DNA from: Candidatus Latescibacterota bacterium
GTDB taxonomy: Bacteria; Latescibacterota; UBA2968; GCA-2709665
Direction of reading: 5' to 3'
Length of the DNA stretch: 64,000 nucleotides
NCBI GenBank assembly: GCA_965116875.1
Contig: OZ220733.1
Span: 2,976,001-3,040,000 of the forward strand
Shown here piece after piece: positions 1 through 8,499 of the stretch. The notes under the pieces were generated by a model. The model did not search any database and had not been told where the DNA came from. It saw only the letters and a list, made by a program, of their open reading frames with translations. The translations under genes were made by a program, and so were the position numbers. Position 1 is the stretch's first letter. Every line of letters starts with the position of its first letter.

Positions 1-412
1 TCCTTACCACCTCCACCACACCCTCCGACGGCCGCATGCGGACGGTATCGCCGGTCCGGATGGTCGCCAGCGGGTCGGGTTCGAGTTCGTGCATCAGCGC
101 CACGTTCGCCAGAACGGCGCCCTGTACCATCACCGGATTCGTGCGTCCGAAGATGAAACCCGCCGGGCAGGTTCCCCTCTCAACCATATCCAGCATCATC
201 CACGACGTGGCCACGCCGCCCTTGGACGTGCGGAACACGACGATTTTCGCGGAGATCGACTGCCCGTAGAGCGGATGGGTCTCCCGGCTGATCACGCCCC
301 GGTACCGGTCATAGTCGTACCGGGCGCTGAAGCCTTCGTCGCATACCAGCGCGACCCCTTCCGCGTGGGGTCCGACACCCGGATGCCCGTGAAGAACAGT
401 GGTCTCAGTCAT
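1..412 (-). CDS. Aconitase X swivel (small) subunit, DUF126 family; 3' end runs off the window
   Basis: Hand translation from the ATG at 412 gives MTETTVLHGHPGVGPHAEGVALVCDEGFSARYDYDRYRGVISRETHPLYGQSISAKIVVFRTSKGGVATSW...DPLATIRTGDTVRMRPSEGVVEVV. This matches the DUF126 pattern (HPL.GQS, SKGG) and lies directly downstream of the AcnX catalytic subunit. Not in the ORF track because it has no stop in the window. Confidence 0.85.
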   Translation of the reverse strand, partial: MTETTVLHGHPGVGPHAEGVALVCDEGFSARYDYDRYRGVISRETHPLYGQSISAKIVVFRTSKGGVATSWMMLDMVERGTCPAGFIFGRTNPVMVQGAVLANVALMHELEPDPLATIRTGDTVRMRPSEGVVEVVR

Positions 413-472
413 TATTGTGTTCTTTCTATCCACCGGCGAAGCCTCGGAAGACAAGGTCCCGTCGCCGCCCCT

Positions 473-1711
473 TTATCCAACTCTTCCCGTCACCGCCGCA
501 TCGATACACGTCTCCACAGGCCGGAATACCGGGTTGTATCCATATCCGGAAATGATATTCGCCAGTTTTGCCGAATTCGTCACGAGCGTGCGGTACTGAA
601 ACCGCTGTTGCAGGACGCGGGCGTTCATGATATAGAAACAAACACCCGTGAGGATTCTCCCTCCCGCACTTTCGACGATTTCCGTGTATCCCATCCGGTC
701 CGCCAGCGCTTTGATCTGATAATTGGTGGTGAGATACAGCTTCGAGCCGGAATGGACGCGCCGACCCCGCAGCAATTCCGCGATCGACTGAAGTTCGAAA
801 AGAGAAAGCTGTGGCGTGCCGCAGACCACGAGGTCGACCGCTTCCTTCTCCGGCTGGAAGGATTCGTACGCCGCCCGCAGCGTCCCCGGCGAAATCACGA
901 TCGTCTCGTCCGGTATTCGACCCCCGTACGCCTCTTCGGTCGTTCGGGCCTCGGGCGTCACCCCCACCATGTGGAACATCGCCAGCGATCCGTAACTGGC
1001 CAGCGCCGCGCCCAGGTGCTTCAGGTCGTCGATCGACGGCTTTACGTCAATCCCCTCAAATACCGGCACCCGCCAGTAGTCGTCCGCCCGCCGCCCCACC
1101 GCGCAGCCAAGCGCGCCCCAATCGCTGTTTGACCGCGGCTGGTCCTCGACCATCACGCGCACCGATCCCCGCCGCGTTTCGGGAAGGTGGAATCCGTAGC
1201 GCGGCACCCTGCCCGTAAGGCCCGCCCACACGGCCGCCGGTCCGGCCTCGAAGTTCGATCTGGCGCCGGCAACGGAGTTCGCGAAAATCACCGTGCCGGT
1301 ATCGCCCCAGCCCAGGTGTTCGCCGAATCGCGGCGGGTCCACCGTCTGATAATTGATGCAGGTGTTGCACGGCAATGCGCCCATCGCCGTGAGCGCATCC
1401 ACGATACGGCGTTCCCTGTTTACGGTATCCTCGTCCTGTCCTACGTCCCGCCACAGGGCGAAGTCCACGCTCCTCGGGTTGGTCGTTACCGGGACACGGA
1501 AACGTGCGCCCGCCGCAGCGGTTTCTTCCAGAAAGCGGAGGCCCGGCTCCGCCAGCGCTTCGATGTCCGCCATCACGTGCACCGTCCGTACGGGCACGAA
1601 GTCCTCGGCGCGAAAGAACCTCCCCACCTCCATCTGCCGGGCAAGCGCTTCGCCCGCTGCCGTCCCCATCTCTCCGGCCAGCATCGCCTTCTCTTCGCAC
1701 GTTAATCGCAT
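473..1711 (-). CDS. Aconitase X catalytic (large) subunit, DUF521 family (hydro-lyase)
   Basis: ORF 473..1855; start moved to MRLTCEEKAML (GGTGAG upstream). Motifs TTNP, NTCINY, ANSVAGARSNFE, LKHLGAALASYGSLAMFHMVGVTPEA, GTPQLS and TNSAK are typical of AcnX. Confidence 0.88.
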   Translation of the reverse strand: MRLTCEEKAMLAGEMGTAAGEALARQMEVGRFFRAEDFVPVRTVHVMADIEALAEPGLRFLEETAAAGARFRVPVTTNPRSVDFALWRDVGQDEDTVNRERRIVDALTAMGALPCNTCINYQTVDPPRFGEHLGWGDTGTVIFANSVAGARSNFEAGPAAVWAGLTGRVPRYGFHLPETRRGSVRVMVEDQPRSNSDWGALGCAVGRRADDYWRVPVFEGIDVKPSIDDLKHLGAALASYGSLAMFHMVGVTPEARTTEEAYGGRIPDETIVISPGTLRAAYESFQPEKEAVDLVVCGTPQLSLFELQSIAELLRGRRVHSGSKLYLTTNYQIKALADRMGYTEIVESAGGRILTGVCFYIMNARVLQQRFQYRTLVTNSAKLANIISGYGYNPVFRPVETCIDAAVTGRVG

Positions 1712-1869
1712 CAGTATCTCACCGAAGGCCAGGCTGTGGATTCCAGATGTTTGAAGTCTTCGTTGCCTCCAGCACGTAAAGAAACCCTTCAAGGCATGTA
1801 ATCTCTTCCCGCTACCGTGACTCCCCGCATTTTGACGACCTCTTCGGAGGTGCACCCCGGTGGTAACAT

Positions 1870-2658
1870 TTAACTCGACTCAGCTTCGTTCCGTACGTCC
1901 TGGAAAATCGTCTGTTTGATTTCGGCGACAATTTCGAAGAAATGGGGTTCGGCGGTCACGGACAGCGGCCGCGGGCGGGGCAAATCGATATCGTAGATTC
2001 TTGAGTTCCTGCCCGGTCGGGGCGTCATCACGTAGACCCGGTCGGAGAGGTACACGGCTTCGGGGATCTGGTGGGTGACAAAGACGATGGTCTTGCGGGA
2101 CTGTTCCCAGATGTTCAGGAGCATCAGGTTCATTTCGTCCCGCGTGAAGGCGTCCAGGGCGCCGAAGGGTTCGTCCATCAGCAGGACCTGCGGGTCGTAC
2201 GCCAGCGCCCGGACGATGGAAGCCCGTTGCTGCATACCGCCCGAGAGTTCGCCCGGATAGTGACGCTCAAAACCCTTCAGGGCCGTAATCTCGATCAGTT
2301 CGTCGATACGGTCCCGGTAGCGTTCCGGGTCTTCCCGCATGATCTCAAATGGAAACCGGATGTTCTGCAGCAGGTTCCGCCATGGCAGCATGTTGGAGGT
2401 CTGGAAGACCATGCCGATCTCCCTTCGCGGCTCCAGGACCTCTTTTCCGTTTACCGTTATTCTGCCCTCGGTGAGCGGCCAGAGCGCCGCCATGGCCCAG
2501 AGCAGGGTGCTCTTGCCGCAGCCGCTCGGGCCCACGATCGACACCAGTTCGCCTTCCGCCACCGAGAGATTGAAGCCGTCCAGCGCATGGACCTCCCCGC
2601 GGTCTCCGGTGAAGGTTTTCGATGCGTTTTCGACTGTGATGATGGGCTGGCTTTGCAT
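1870..2658 (-). CDS. ABC transporter ATP-binding protein, NitT/TauT family
   Basis: Walker A GPSGCGKST, signature LSGGMQQR, Walker B LLMDEPFGALD, H-loop FVTH, C-terminal PRPR motif. Confidence 0.93.
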   Translation of the reverse strand: MQSQPIITVENASKTFTGDRGEVHALDGFNLSVAEGELVSIVGPSGCGKSTLLWAMAALWPLTEGRITVNGKEVLEPRREIGMVFQTSNMLPWRNLLQNIRFPFEIMREDPERYRDRIDELIEITALKGFERHYPGELSGGMQQRASIVRALAYDPQVLLMDEPFGALDAFTRDEMNLMLLNIWEQSRKTIVFVTHQIPEAVYLSDRVYVMTPRPGRNSRIYDIDLPRPRPLSVTAEPHFFEIVAEIKQTIFQDVRNEAESS

Positions 2659-2827
2659 CTGCAGTACAAAAGGGAACGCCGCGATCGCGCGGTACGAGGG
2701 CGACTCGTTCAGGCCCAGCGAATTGGGCGTATCGCGGCGGGTTGGAATCGATTAAGACAGCTTCTAAGGGCGAACGGGAGTATATTCGATTTCGGGAGAT
2801 GGAACAAGGGATTTCTGGCGAGCAAAC

Positions 2828-3048
2828 CAGCGACAGGGAGGGCAACCACAAGGGTTGCCCCTACAAATACAAGGTTGCCACGCGGGTCGGCGATATCAAT
2901 TCACGAACGCATGATTGTGTAGGGGCGACCGGCCGGTCGCCCATTTGCAACCCACAAACCGGGCTCACACAAAGACACGAAGGCACAAAGGAAATCGGAA
3001 ACAGCGACAAGGCGGGCAACCACAAGGGTTGCCCCTACAAATACGAGG
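2828..3048. repeat. Cluster of three GTAG-type REP-like palindromes, including a 47-bp direct repeat
   Basis: Direct repeats at 2828-2874 and 3002-3048 (3 mismatches) each contain GGGCAACCACAAGGGTTGCCCCTACA (reverse complement TGTAGGGGCAACCCTTGTGGTTGCCC). Between them, in the opposite orientation, is TGTAGGGGCGACCGGCCGGTCGCCC at 2918-2942. Confidence 0.85.
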
Positions 3049-3140
3049 ATATCGCCCGGCGGGTGGGACCTGCCTGCCAACCATAACCTGGCGCAGGCAG
3101 ATGCCCTGGCACAAAAGCATCTGTATTTTAACCTTTTCGC

Positions 3141-3170
3141 TTGACAAGGTCTACCTCTTTGGCGTACTTT
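3141..3170 (+). promoter_or_regulatory. Putative sigma70 promoter for the small membrane protein
   Basis: TTGACA (3141-3146), 18-nt spacer, TACTTT (3165-3170); GGAGG RBS at 3184-3188. Confidence 0.45.
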
Positions 3171-3194
3171 TTTCATACAGATCGGAGGTACGCC

Positions 3195-3425
3195 TTGAAT
3201 GGGAAAATCTTCAACGAAGACAATATGCGACTGGTACTTTTGCTATTGGCCATCTGGGGTCTGATGTGGAACTTTTCCTCCGGAATCAATAAAAGAATAG
3301 ACAGATTGGAAGACAAGATGGAAACGAAATTCGATACGGTTGACCGGAAATTGGAAAGAATAGATGCACGCCTGGACTCCTTCGGGGAACGTATCGCCGC
3401 AAACGAAGCAAAACTCAAAGAGTAA
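3195..3425 (+). CDS. Small hypothetical protein with one TM helix and a coiled coil
   Basis: TTG start 6 nt after GGAGG; hydrophobic LVLLLLAIWGLMW followed by heptad-like IDRLEDKMETKFDTVDRKLERIDARLD; AT-richer than its flanks; followed by a terminator. Confidence 0.7.
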   Translation: MNGKIFNEDNMRLVLLLLAIWGLMWNFSSGINKRIDRLEDKMETKFDTVDRKLERIDARLDSFGERIAANEAKLKE

Positions 3426-3455
3426 AATTCCATTGCATCCATAACGTCGTCAACG

Positions 3456-3489
3456 GCCTGCCAGTAAGACAAACTGGCGGGCTTTTCTT
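3456..3489 (+). terminator. Intrinsic terminator
   Basis: GCCTGCCAGT-loop-ACTGGCGGGC stem followed by TTTTCTT. Confidence 0.65.
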
Positions 3490-3627
3490 GTCTCCCCTAC
3501 TTTCCCCGTAATCCTTGCCTCCATTCGTGCATTTTCTTAAAATTACATGCCCGTGGGTGTTGCGCGGGAGGCAACCCGACGCGTTGTTTTCGAAAGACGA
3601 CTGCCGTTTCTATCAACAGGTGAACCA

Positions 3628-4911
3628 ATGCAGACCGACTACGCGTTTGAGATGGGGACTTCGAATTTGCGGTTCGGACCGGGCGCGACGAGAGAAGTGG
3701 GGATGGACCTTTCCGAACTGGGCGCCAGGCGGGTGATGCTGCTGACGGACCCCAATCTCGTGGACCTGCCGCCGGTGCGGACGGCGGTCGAATCCCTCAG
3801 GAGCGAGGGGGTCGATTACGCGCTCTACGACCGCGTCCGGGTCGAGCCCACGGACGTTTCGTTTCAGGAGGCGATTGACTTCGCACATGATGGAGATTTC
3901 GACGCCTTTGTCGCCGTGGGCGGGGGCTCCTCGATCGATACGGCAAAGGCCGCGAATCTCTATTCCACCTATCCGGATGATTTCTACGCGTACGTGAACG
4001 CGCCGATCGGGAGCGGCAAACCGGTTCCCGGCGCGCTCAAGCCGCTGATCGCGATTCCAACGACCGCCGGAACCGGCAGCGAGACCACGGGCGTCACGAT
4101 ATTCGATATCTCCGCAAAACACGTCAAGACCGGTATCGCCCACCGCCGCCTGAAACCGTCGCTGGGCATTGTGGACCCCGAGAATACGCGCACCATGCCG
4201 CCGGTTGTGGCGGCCTCGACGGGGCTGGATGTGCTCTGCCACGCCCTCGAGTCCTATACCGCGATTCCGTACGATCAACGCCCGCTGCCCGAACGCCCGA
4301 TTCTCCGGCCGGCGTACCAGGGCACCAATCCGATCAGCGATATGTGGGCGCTCAGGGCCATCGAGCTGGTCGCGCAAAACATCGTGCGCGCGGTTGCGGA
4401 CCCGGACGACGACGAGGCCCGGTCGAACATGATCCTCGCGTCGAGCATGGCGGGGATGGGGTTCGGCAACGCGGGCGTTCATCTGCCCCACGGGATGTCC
4501 TATCCCGTCTCGGGGATGGTGCGGGATTACCGGCCCGAAGGGATGGTTAGCGACCATCCCATCGTACCCCATGGGATGTCGGTCTTCATGAACGCGCCGG
4601 CTTCCTTCCGGTTTACCGGACCTGCCTGCCCGGAACGCCATCTCAGGGCCGCGCAGTTGCTGGGCGCGGACATTTCCGGCGTGAAAGACCCTGAGGCGGA
4701 GGCGGGAGGCGTTCTCGCGGACCGCATCGTGGCGTTGATGAAGCGGCTGGAAATGCCCAACGGACTTTCGGCGATCGGGTTTGCGGAAGCGGACGTGCCC
4801 GCGCTGGTGGAGGGCACGCTGCCCCAGCACCGTGTGACCAAACTGTCACCGAAACCCGCCGGCAGAGAGGACCTGGAAGCGCTGTTCCGGGACGCGCTGA
4901 CTGCCTGGTAG
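3628..4911 (+). CDS. Hydroxyacid-oxoacid transhydrogenase (ADHFE1/HOT-like iron-containing alcohol dehydrogenase)
   Basis: N-terminus DYAFEMGTSNLRFGPGATREVGMDL, GGGSSIDTAK, PTTAGTGSETT, DVLCHALESYT, RPAYQGTNP, GVHLPHGMSYP and PHG are characteristic of HOT. Start moved to ATG 3628. Confidence 0.92.
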   Translation: MQTDYAFEMGTSNLRFGPGATREVGMDLSELGARRVMLLTDPNLVDLPPVRTAVESLRSEGVDYALYDRVRVEPTDVSFQEAIDFAHDGDFDAFVAVGGGSSIDTAKAANLYSTYPDDFYAYVNAPIGSGKPVPGALKPLIAIPTTAGTGSETTGVTIFDISAKHVKTGIAHRRLKPSLGIVDPENTRTMPPVVAASTGLDVLCHALESYTAIPYDQRPLPERPILRPAYQGTNPISDMWALRAIELVAQNIVRAVADPDDDEARSNMILASSMAGMGFGNAGVHLPHGMSYPVSGMVRDYRPEGMVSDHPIVPHGMSVFMNAPASFRFTGPACPERHLRAAQLLGADISGVKDPEAEAGGVLADRIVALMKRLEMPNGLSAIGFAEADVPALVEGTLPQHRVTKLSPKPAGREDLEALFRDALTAW

Positions 4912-4944
4912 AAGTACAGCGGACATCAGGAGGATGAGACTCGC

Positions 4945-6015
4945 ATGGCTTCGACAGGATCGTCAGAGCCACAGGTCAGTTCCGCCAGAGAACGCGGCGC
5001 TGCCGAAACTGATCATCTGCCCCCGTTCCCCGAGGGTTGGTATCTGGTAGACACGCGGCAGTCCCTTCTGCGGGAGAAATTGATCGAAAAGACCTGGATG
5101 GGAGAGGAAATCGTCGCCTGGTGCGATGAGGAGGGCCGTGTCTGCGTGGCCGACTCGATATGTCCGCACCTCGGCTCGTCCCTGGGACCGGACGTTGGCG
5201 GGAAGGTCTGCAACGGACGTCTGGTCTGTCCGTTTCACGGGTTTGAATACGATGCGACCGGCCAGTGCGTCGCGACACCGAACGCCCCGGCGCCCAGAGC
5301 GGCGAAGCTGAAGGTATACGAAACCAGGGAGATCCTCGGCCTTGTCTTCGCCTGGTTCGGGAACGGCGGCAGGCCGTCACACTGGGAACTTCCCGGCGAG
5401 CCGACCACCGGTCCCGAGTGGAGTCAATTGGGTTTCCGGCGTCTCCGCTTCCGCAGCCATCCCCAGGAAACGGCGGAGAACGCCGTGGACCTGGGACACC
5501 TGCGCTACGTGCACGGCTACGACAAGGTCAATCCGGTCGGCGCGCTAACAGTGGACGGCGCCTATCTGAAGAGTTGCTTCGACTTCAGACGCACCCGCAG
5601 TTTGCTGGGTCTGATCGATCTCGTGTATGAAATCTCCGCCGTCACCCACATCCATGGACTCGGCTACTCCTACGTTGAAATCCACGAGAAAACCATCGAT
5701 ATGCACGCGAGACTCTGGGTGCTTCCCACGCCTGTTGACGGCACCGTCATCGATCTCGTTCTGGCCGGCCAACTGATGGAATTCCGCAAGCCCGGGCGGT
5801 TCATCACGGGTCTCGGCTTCGTGCCGATGAAGCTGCGCCAACGGCTGATGAATCACATACTGCTTGGGCAGCAGAAACGGGATGTGCTGCAGGACGTGGT
5901 GATCTGGGAAAAGAAGCGGCACCGGTCGCCTCCCAGGCTGTGCCGCGCCGACGGCCCTATCGGCGCCTACCGCCGCTACTGCAGGCAGTTCTACCCGGAA
6001 AAGCATGTAACTTGA
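4945..6015 (+). CDS. Rieske non-heme iron oxygenase, KshA / Neverland-DAF-36-like sterol oxygenase family
   Basis: Rieske ligands CPHLG...CPFHG; mononuclear Fe motif ENAVDLGHLRYVH; C-terminal DVVIWEKK and DGPIGAYRRYCRQFY resemble the KshA/Neverland C-terminus; N-terminal FPEGWY; AGGAGG RBS. Confidence 0.85.
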   Translation: MASTGSSEPQVSSARERGAAETDHLPPFPEGWYLVDTRQSLLREKLIEKTWMGEEIVAWCDEEGRVCVADSICPHLGSSLGPDVGGKVCNGRLVCPFHGFEYDATGQCVATPNAPAPRAAKLKVYETREILGLVFAWFGNGGRPSHWELPGEPTTGPEWSQLGFRRLRFRSHPQETAENAVDLGHLRYVHGYDKVNPVGALTVDGAYLKSCFDFRRTRSLLGLIDLVYEISAVTHIHGLGYSYVEIHEKTIDMHARLWVLPTPVDGTVIDLVLAGQLMEFRKPGRFITGLGFVPMKLRQRLMNHILLGQQKRDVLQDVVIWEKKRHRSPPRLCRADGPIGAYRRYCRQFYPEKHVT

Positions 6016-6214
6016 TCGATGCGGCATCCCCCGGTAGCGGGTCGCCGGAGATCGGATCCTGGGGGAGGGGGCACAAACCTGCCTGCATCTGTCGACTGAG
6101 GAGCGATCCGTCGTTCCCCTACGCCGCCAGGGCTTCCGGTACCGTCTGCCGGACCAACTCCCCGGAGGGGTCCCGCGCCGGTAGTCCAGCCGCCTTCGGA
6201 AGTTCCGCGAAGGC

Positions 6215-6243
6215 TTGACAAGGCACCTGAAATGCTGTATCAT
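6215..6243 (+). promoter_or_regulatory. Putative sigma70 promoter for the P450-SDR-5alpha-reductase unit
   Basis: TTGACA (6215-6220), 17-nt spacer, TATCAT (6238-6243). Confidence 0.65.
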
Positions 6244-6465
6244 ATCGTAATATGAACAAGTTACCCACTTCCAAAGCGAGTTCGAGTCCTTCACCTTTAC
6301 TCTTGTTGATGGAGTTTAATAAATCCGCTTAATTGGGAACAAGCCGCAATTTCAAACTGAGACACCACCCAAATACCCGTGCCCTTGCAAGGGCACGCGC
6401 GAAATGTCAAAAATCGTGTTCAGAACGCTCGAAATCCTGCGAGGGAGAGGATAACTGGTTAACTG

Positions 6466-8499
6466 ATGACACGAGAAACAGCAGTTGGAACGGGCCCGGG
6501 GGCGTCCACGGTGAGTCTGCCTGAGGAGCTGCTGCTGGCGCTGCTGGACGAGGAGAGCGGTTATTTTCGTCAGGTGCCCGGCTGGAACCTGAACTGCGCC
6601 ATGACCGGCGCAGCGCTGGGTGAACTGTCGCTGCTCGGCCGTATCGACACCGATCTGGAGTCGCTGTCGCTGTTGGATGCGACCGATACGGGTCGTCCGC
6701 TGCTCGACCCGATCTTGCGGGAGATCGCCACCGAAACGGAACCACACGACGCCCGCTACTGGGTTGAAAGGCTTGCTCCACAGTCCGAGGAGATGATCCC
6801 CCAGGCGCTGGACGGGCTCGTTCGGCGACAGATTCTCGACCTCCACCCGGGCGATTTCTATACCTTCACCAAGCGCCAGCGGCAGGGCGAAACACCGCCG
6901 GAAGAAGAACACCTGGCGGGCGAGTCCGTAAAGGCCCGGCTGACCAGGATCATCTTCTCGGACGAGATTCCGGGGCCGCGTGACGTGATTATCACCGGCC
7001 TGGTCAACGCCTGCCGCGTGTTCCATCTGATGTTTCAGATCGACGAGGAAGTGGAAGAACGGATTCAGTTCGTCAGCCAGATGGACCTGATCGGCCAGGC
7101 GATTGCGGCGGCGGTGGGCCAGAGCATCGTCGCGCCCACGCTTCGGCATCCATCGCTGACCAAACCGATTCCAACCGTGTCCCTGCGTGATCTCGTGTTC
7201 AATCGAGAGCTGCGAGAGGGCAGGCTGCCGGCAGGGTTCGCCATTCTGGCCGAAAAGTACGGTCCGGTATTCGAGCTTCGGCTCCCGTTCCGCCAGAACA
7301 TGATTGTACTGGCAGGGTTGAAGACAAACGAATGGGCCCATCGCATGGGGCGGGTGTTCTTGCGGTCGAAGGAGTACTTCGAGGGCGTCGACAAAGCGTA
7401 TGGCGTGTCCCGCTCGATGCACTCGGTTGACGGTGCAGATCACTTTCGTTTTCGCAAATCGTTGCAGCCCGCCTACTCTCGCAGGACTTTGACCAGGCGT
7501 CTGGATGAGGTCTATGACCTGGCCCGCGCGCATATGGCGAGTTGGGAAGTCGACGAAACGTTCCCGGTTCAGGAGATGCTGCGGCCGTTGCTGAACGCGC
7601 AGTCATCGCCGCTCCTGGCCAGCATTGACACCCAGGGCGAGATCGTCGACGCGCTGGAATACAAGATACGGGTGCTCAATGTAGGCATCGTCAAGATTCT
7701 GCCGCGTTTCATGCTCTATACCCCGTCGATGCGCCGCCGGGCGAAGGCCATGCAAAAGATCATCGAACGCATGGAGAGGACGCATACGGCCGCGCAGCGG
7801 GCCGGGATGCATGAGGACGTGGTTGACGCGTATCTGGCCCTGAACGCGTCCGATCCCCAGTTCCTACCCGAATCGGACCTGACGCTGCCGCTGGGGGCGA
7901 TCCTGATGACCGCCATGTACATGGGCGATCAGGTTGGCTTCGCTCTTTACTGGTTGGTGCAGAATCCCGAATTGTACGAGCGCGTCACGGCTGAAGCGGA
8001 CGCGTTGTGGGCTGAGGGCGATCCCGGCGAGGAGGACTTCACTCGAGAACGGATCGACGTGACCCACCGGGTGCTGATGGAGACTTTGCGGATGTCGCCG
8101 ATCGTGGCCATGTCGATGCGGACGGTGATGAATACCAGCGTGGTGGAGGGATACGAGCTACCGGTCGGGTCGCAGCTCCTGATTGCGCAGACGGCCACGC
8201 ATTACTCGGAAGAGGCGTTTTCCGATCCGTGGACGTTCGACATTGACCGCTACCTGCCCCCGCGGAGCGAGCACCTGGGCAGAGGCTACGCGCCCTTCGG
8301 GCTCGGCACGCACTCATGTCTCGGGAGCCGCTGGGCCGAAATGCATATGGCGATCAACCTCCTGATGCTCACGCATCACTTCAAAATCGAACTGGCCCGC
8401 CCCTACAAGCGGTTGCCGATGGATCCGTTTCCCTCCCAGTCTCCCAGCAACAAACTTAAGTTCAGGCTCGCCGAGCAGCGGCACGAAATTCGTGTCTGA
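6466..8499 (+). CDS. Fusion protein: N-terminal GPP34/GOLPH3-like domain plus C-terminal cytochrome P450
   Basis: aa ~15-215 (SLPEELLLALLDEESG...GAALGELSLLGRID...TGRPLLD) match the bacterial GPP34 pattern. aa ~230-677 carry KYGPVF, ExxR (ETLR), FDIDRY and the heme motif PFGLGTHSCLG. Confidence 0.88.
   Translation: MTRETAVGTGPGASTVSLPEELLLALLDEESGYFRQVPGWNLNCAMTGAALGELSLLGRIDTDLESLSLLDATDTGRPLLDPILREIATETEPHDARYWVERLAPQSEEMIPQALDGLVRRQILDLHPGDFYTFTKRQRQGETPPEEEHLAGESVKARLTRIIFSDEIPGPRDVIITGLVNACRVFHLMFQIDEEVEERIQFVSQMDLIGQAIAAAVGQSIVAPTLRHPSLTKPIPTVSLRDLVFNRELREGRLPAGFAILAEKYGPVFELRLPFRQNMIVLAGLKTNEWAHRMGRVFLRSKEYFEGVDKAYGVSRSMHSVDGADHFRFRKSLQPAYSRRTLTRRLDEVYDLARAHMASWEVDETFPVQEMLRPLLNAQSSPLLASIDTQGEIVDALEYKIRVLNVGIVKILPRFMLYTPSMRRRAKAMQKIIERMERTHTAAQRAGMHEDVVDAYLALNASDPQFLPESDLTLPLGAILMTAMYMGDQVGFALYWLVQNPELYERVTAEADALWAEGDPGEEDFTRERIDVTHRVLMETLRMSPIVAMSMRTVMNTSVVEGYELPVGSQLLIAQTATHYSEEAFSDPWTFDIDRYLPPRSEHLGRGYAPFGLGTHSCLGSRWAEMHMAINLLMLTHHFKIELARPYKRLPMDPFPSQSPSNKLKFRLAEQRHEIRV

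Noticed and set aside
473-1711. AcnX as archaeal-type mevalonate-5-phosphate dehydratase feeding sterol synthesis
   Set aside because: No other mevalonate, squalene or cyclase genes are nearby, and the transporter context favours catabolism.
2828-3048. Possible CRISPR array from the 47-bp direct repeats
   Set aside because: Only two copies, a 127-bp spacer that itself contains palindromes, and no cas genes; REP-like elements explain it better.
6255-6262. KstR-like operator core AACaaGTT at the P450 transcription start
   Set aside because: Only the 6-bp core matches TnnAACnnGTTnnA; the flanking T and A are absent and no TetR gene is adjacent, so a chance match is likely.
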